Positions 60,574 to 64,000 of a stretch of 64,000 nt of DNA are shown here, one piece after another. The stretch's first letter is position 1, and each line of letters begins with the position of its first letter. Position numbers and translations under genes: made by a program. The stretch is from assembly GCF_963921235.1 (NCBI RefSeq), contig NC_086109.1, forward strand, positions 24,492,001-24,556,000. The letters run 5' to 3'. The notes beneath the pieces were generated by a model. That model was not told where the DNA came from. It worked only from the letters and a program-made list of their open reading frames with translations, and did no database searches. Source of the DNA: Mobula hypostoma (lineage: Eukaryota).

Positions 60574-61000
60574 ACTCCAAATGTGAATTGATCGAAGTTT
60601 TATACAACTGCAACATGACTTGCTATCTTTTCTCTTCAACATCCAAATCAATGAAAACCAGGATGCCATACACCTTCTTTAACATATGGTTTATTTGTAT
60701 TTCCATTGTCAAGAAGTTAGAAACTTGCACCCTAAATTCCCCCTCACATTAATGTTTCTAATGACTTGTCATTTACTGAATACTATTCTCTTCCATTTGA
60801 CCCCCCCCCCACCCACAGACACACCATCCTGGCCTGAATTAAACTCCATCTGCCATTTCTCTGCCCATAATTCCAATTAATCTAGATCATGCTATAATAT
60901 ATCTTTGAAAACCTTCCCCATCTTGCACAACTCTGTCGATTTTTGTGACATCTATAAATTTACTGATCCACCCGCCTGTATTTTTGTCCGGATTATGTAC
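60120..61000 (-). mobile_element. Old CR1 LINE fragment containing (CA)n at 60541-60571
   Basis: GMSPGLESISYRKD..; the microsatellite expanded within the element. Confidence 0.75.
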
Positions 61001-61666
61001 ACATTATATAAAATTGGCTGCTGTAATTTGCTCCTTCTCTGCAGATAAGTGCAGGAGTCGTTGAGGCAATTGATGGGCATTATGGAGAGTAAAGTGCACC
61101 AGGGTAAGGTTTGGTTAAAAATGAGTGTTTTATGATTGGCGTAGACTGAGTGGGCCAAAGTGGCCTTTTCCATACTATATCTCCCTGTGACTCCACTCTG
61201 TGAATATTAGATAATTTATGATAGGATAAAATAAAAGACAGAGAAAATAACCTTGGCTGGGACACAGGTACCGGGTAGACCAATTGGTCAGAATGCTTCT
61301 TCATTCCATAGAGTTCTGGGGGAATGAGCCTAATGGAACAACTCTAGCAAAAATGGGTTTGGACTCAATGGCTGCAATGTATCTTCTATTCTGGTAGATA
61401 CTTATCTTGCAACTTCAATGATCCTTCAATTAGAGGAAGGCCTCTATTATGTTTTTGTTTACATGGTCTGGGATGTATCAGGTATCTAATTCTGGACTAC
61501 AAATCCTCCCAGAAAAAGTATACTTGTTCTCAGACAGGTCAGCTGACTAACTTATTTTTCTCTTTTCATTTTCATGGACAGAGCACTTCTCCTTGTGGAA
61601 GACATAGAATCAGAACGGGCTCATTGTGGGATCTATATGGTTGTTTTCTTAAGATATGTTTTCAGG

Positions 61667-61767
61667 TCATCAATTTAAAAGCATCTCTAATGGTCAGAAG
61701 AAATGCTTTAAGATATGCTTTTATAAAACATTTCTTCTGACCATCAGGGAATCTCTTAAATTGATGA
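61667..61767. repeat. ~100-bp inverted repeat (hairpin)
   Basis: Arms of ~44 bp; perfect core atggtcagaagaaatg / catttcttctgaccat and outer tcatcaatttaa / ttaaattgatga. Confidence 0.85.
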
Positions 61768-62049
61768 GTTAGAAGTCAAAAGCTTATTTGGTGATATGTA
61801 AATATCCATATAATATCCAGGCCAGCGGCAAACAAGGGGATCATTGTTGCAATGATGGAGTCATTGTCTTTAGTGAGAATGCAGGCATTGGTGCAATGAT
61901 ATTCTATGCTGTAATGATCGTGACACTGACTTCAGTGAGGACATTGGCATCAGGCAGCCATCTTAACTGGTTCAGAGGATCTTCTGAAGGCAACATTGGT
62001 GGTCCCTCTTCAGACACTTAATGTGATATGAAAAGGTCATACAGGGTTT

Positions 62050-62380
62050 ACACAGAACATCAAATATAGGGCAGTGTAGTCCTTTTGGCCCACAATGTTG
62101 TACCAACCTTTTAACCTACTCCAAGATCAATCTAATGCTTCCCTCCCCACATAGGCCTCCATTTTCCTTTCATCTATGTACCTGTGTAAGAGTGTCTTAA
62201 ATGTTCCTAAAGTTTCTGCTTCTACCACCACCCCTGGAACTGCATTCCACACACTCACCAATCTGAAAAAAAAACAATTTCTGGCATCCCCCTATACTTT
62301 CCTCCAAACAACTGAAAATTATTCATTCTTGTATTAGTCATTTCTGCCCCTGTGAAAAAGGCGCTGGCTGTCCACTCTTA
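62050..62380 (-). mobile_element. CR1 LINE 3' end
   Basis: Homologous to 52165-52480. Confidence 0.75.
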
Positions 62381-63732
62381 CATCCACAGAGTGTGATAGA
62401 AAGAAATGAGCAGTGTGGTGTATGAGACCAAGCTTTAGACTTTCCTGATTAACGAAACTCAGTTCCATGATGGACAGACATTGATCAACAGAGCATCACA
62501 TTCATAGTTTCTCCTTGTGAAGTGCTGTCAGAGAGCTGCATGGCGAGTACCAGACAGTGTTTGTGTTGCACGGCTGTGCATAACTGAATTGGCTACTTGC
62601 ACTTAGTTTTGAAATTTAAGTTCTCTGTAAACAAAATCTCAACATGCGGCAAAGAAACACCAGTAACCTCTGGCACCCAGTTGCACAGCCTTGGTGTTTA
62701 TCTAGTCTCCACGTTTTATTCCTCAGACGCCAAAGTCTGTCTCACAAATAGTAAAGAACTTGCTTGCAATATTTGCACCTTCACATAGCTCTATTGTGTT
62801 GTCCTAGCCGTAATGCTGGGGGCATGCAGACAACTAAATATCTGAAAGGCATCAATCACAGATACCTGTCTGGCAGACTTCCCACGGCTTATTGTTTTCT
62901 ACTGTGCAGAGAAACTAGTCTGTAAAATGAGAACAGCGAAAGTTCTATCAATGTCTAAACTCATGGGGAGACTATAATTAGTTGATTAATTAGCCATTAA
63001 TTAATCATAAGTTATCTACTATGCATGCAGGAACAGTCAGATCGCAAAGTGGAAAGGCAAGCACTTCACACCTCTCTCCATGAGGCAAAAGGACCTCAGT
63101 AATGGGGACAGATCACAGCTGCAAGCTGTTTAATTTCTAGAATATAGAACATTTGTTAGTATATTTGGAACTACAAGATCCGCTTTAACTTTCCAGAGAA
63201 TAGGAAGGCTTGGCATCCCTGAACACAACACAGCAAACATTCCAACGTTCTTGAAATTTATGGTTCAATGGGGACAGTAAATTCTAGAGGCTCTCTTTCC
63301 TGGGGAGTGAGCTGTGTAGGTTCAGGGCGAGATTGTTTTTGATCATTAAGGAAATCGAGAGATAAAATCGTTGGGCAGGAATATGGAGTTGAGACAGAAG
63401 ATGAACCACGATTTTGTTGAATGGTGAAGCTGGCTTGAGGGGCCCACTACTAAGAAGTCGAAGAAGGAGAAGGCCATTCAGCACAAGGCATGGCACCACC
63501 ACTCAAGAAAATCACTGCTGATTGATCCCCTTAATACTCAAAGATCTCTCGTTCTCTGTCTTGAATATGTTTAATGACTGACGCACCAGAGGCCTCTAAA
63601 TAAAGAATTTTGGTGAAGAAATTGTCCTGCTTTTATTTCTTTGATTGTGTTTGGTTTATAATTGTCACATGTACTATGACACAGTGAGCAGTTTTGTTTT
63701 GCATGCCATCCAGACAGACCATGGCTACTTAG

Positions 63733-63862
63733 GGGGCAGCACGGTACTGTATCAGTTAGTGTAACACTATTACAGTGTTAATGACCTGTTAATTTGTATA
63801 TTCTCCACATGACCACATGAGTTTCCTCTCTGAGCTCTGGTTTCCTCCTACATTCCAAACAG
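63733..63862 (+). mobile_element. V-SINE 5' fragment
   Basis: ggggcagcacggtac head, then gtttcctctctgagctctggtttcctcctacattccaaa V-domain. Confidence 0.65.
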
Positions 63863-64000
63863 CATTCATTTCCAAACAGAGAATGTCTCAGTCAATCAGA
63901 GGTTGGGTACTCACCTCCCATCATCCAAAGTCCTTCCATGACAAGACATAAATCAGATGGAATAATCACCACTTGCTAGGATAAATGTAGCCCTAACAAC

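Overview
Eukaryotic, repeat-dense vertebrate DNA. The mix of V-SINE/HE1-like SINEs, Deu-domain SINE remnants, abundant CR1 and Rex1-type LINEs and Neptune-type Penelope-like elements (PLEs) suggests a cartilaginous fish such as a ray; that is an inference. I recognise no host protein-coding gene, so the window looks intergenic or intronic, and almost all listed ORFs are transposon fragments or noise. Main contents: (1) a full-length but decayed Tf1/sushi-type chromovirus (2217-7395) with 404-bp LTRs, a self-priming PBS and a candidate gag-pol frameshift pseudoknot; (2) a three-level nest at 33.7-40.9 kb, in which a CR1 LINE hosts a PLE with 650-bp inverted arms and an internally deleted chromovirus whose 5' LTR is split by a short retroposon; (3) two copies of that ~560-bp non-coding RTE-type retroposon (17514-18070 and 38110-38675), whose 5' end folds into an HDV-like ribozyme with an unusual hairpin inserted in loop L3 (best candidate for something undescribed); (4) many PLE ends carrying minimal hammerhead ribozymes, some arranged as short palindromic elements; (5) mariner and Tc1 non-autonomous elements with extra internal TIRs, a hAT-type MITE and a Chapaev3-like transposon remnant. 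Family names come from recalled motifs, not database searches. Boundaries of old fragments are approximate.
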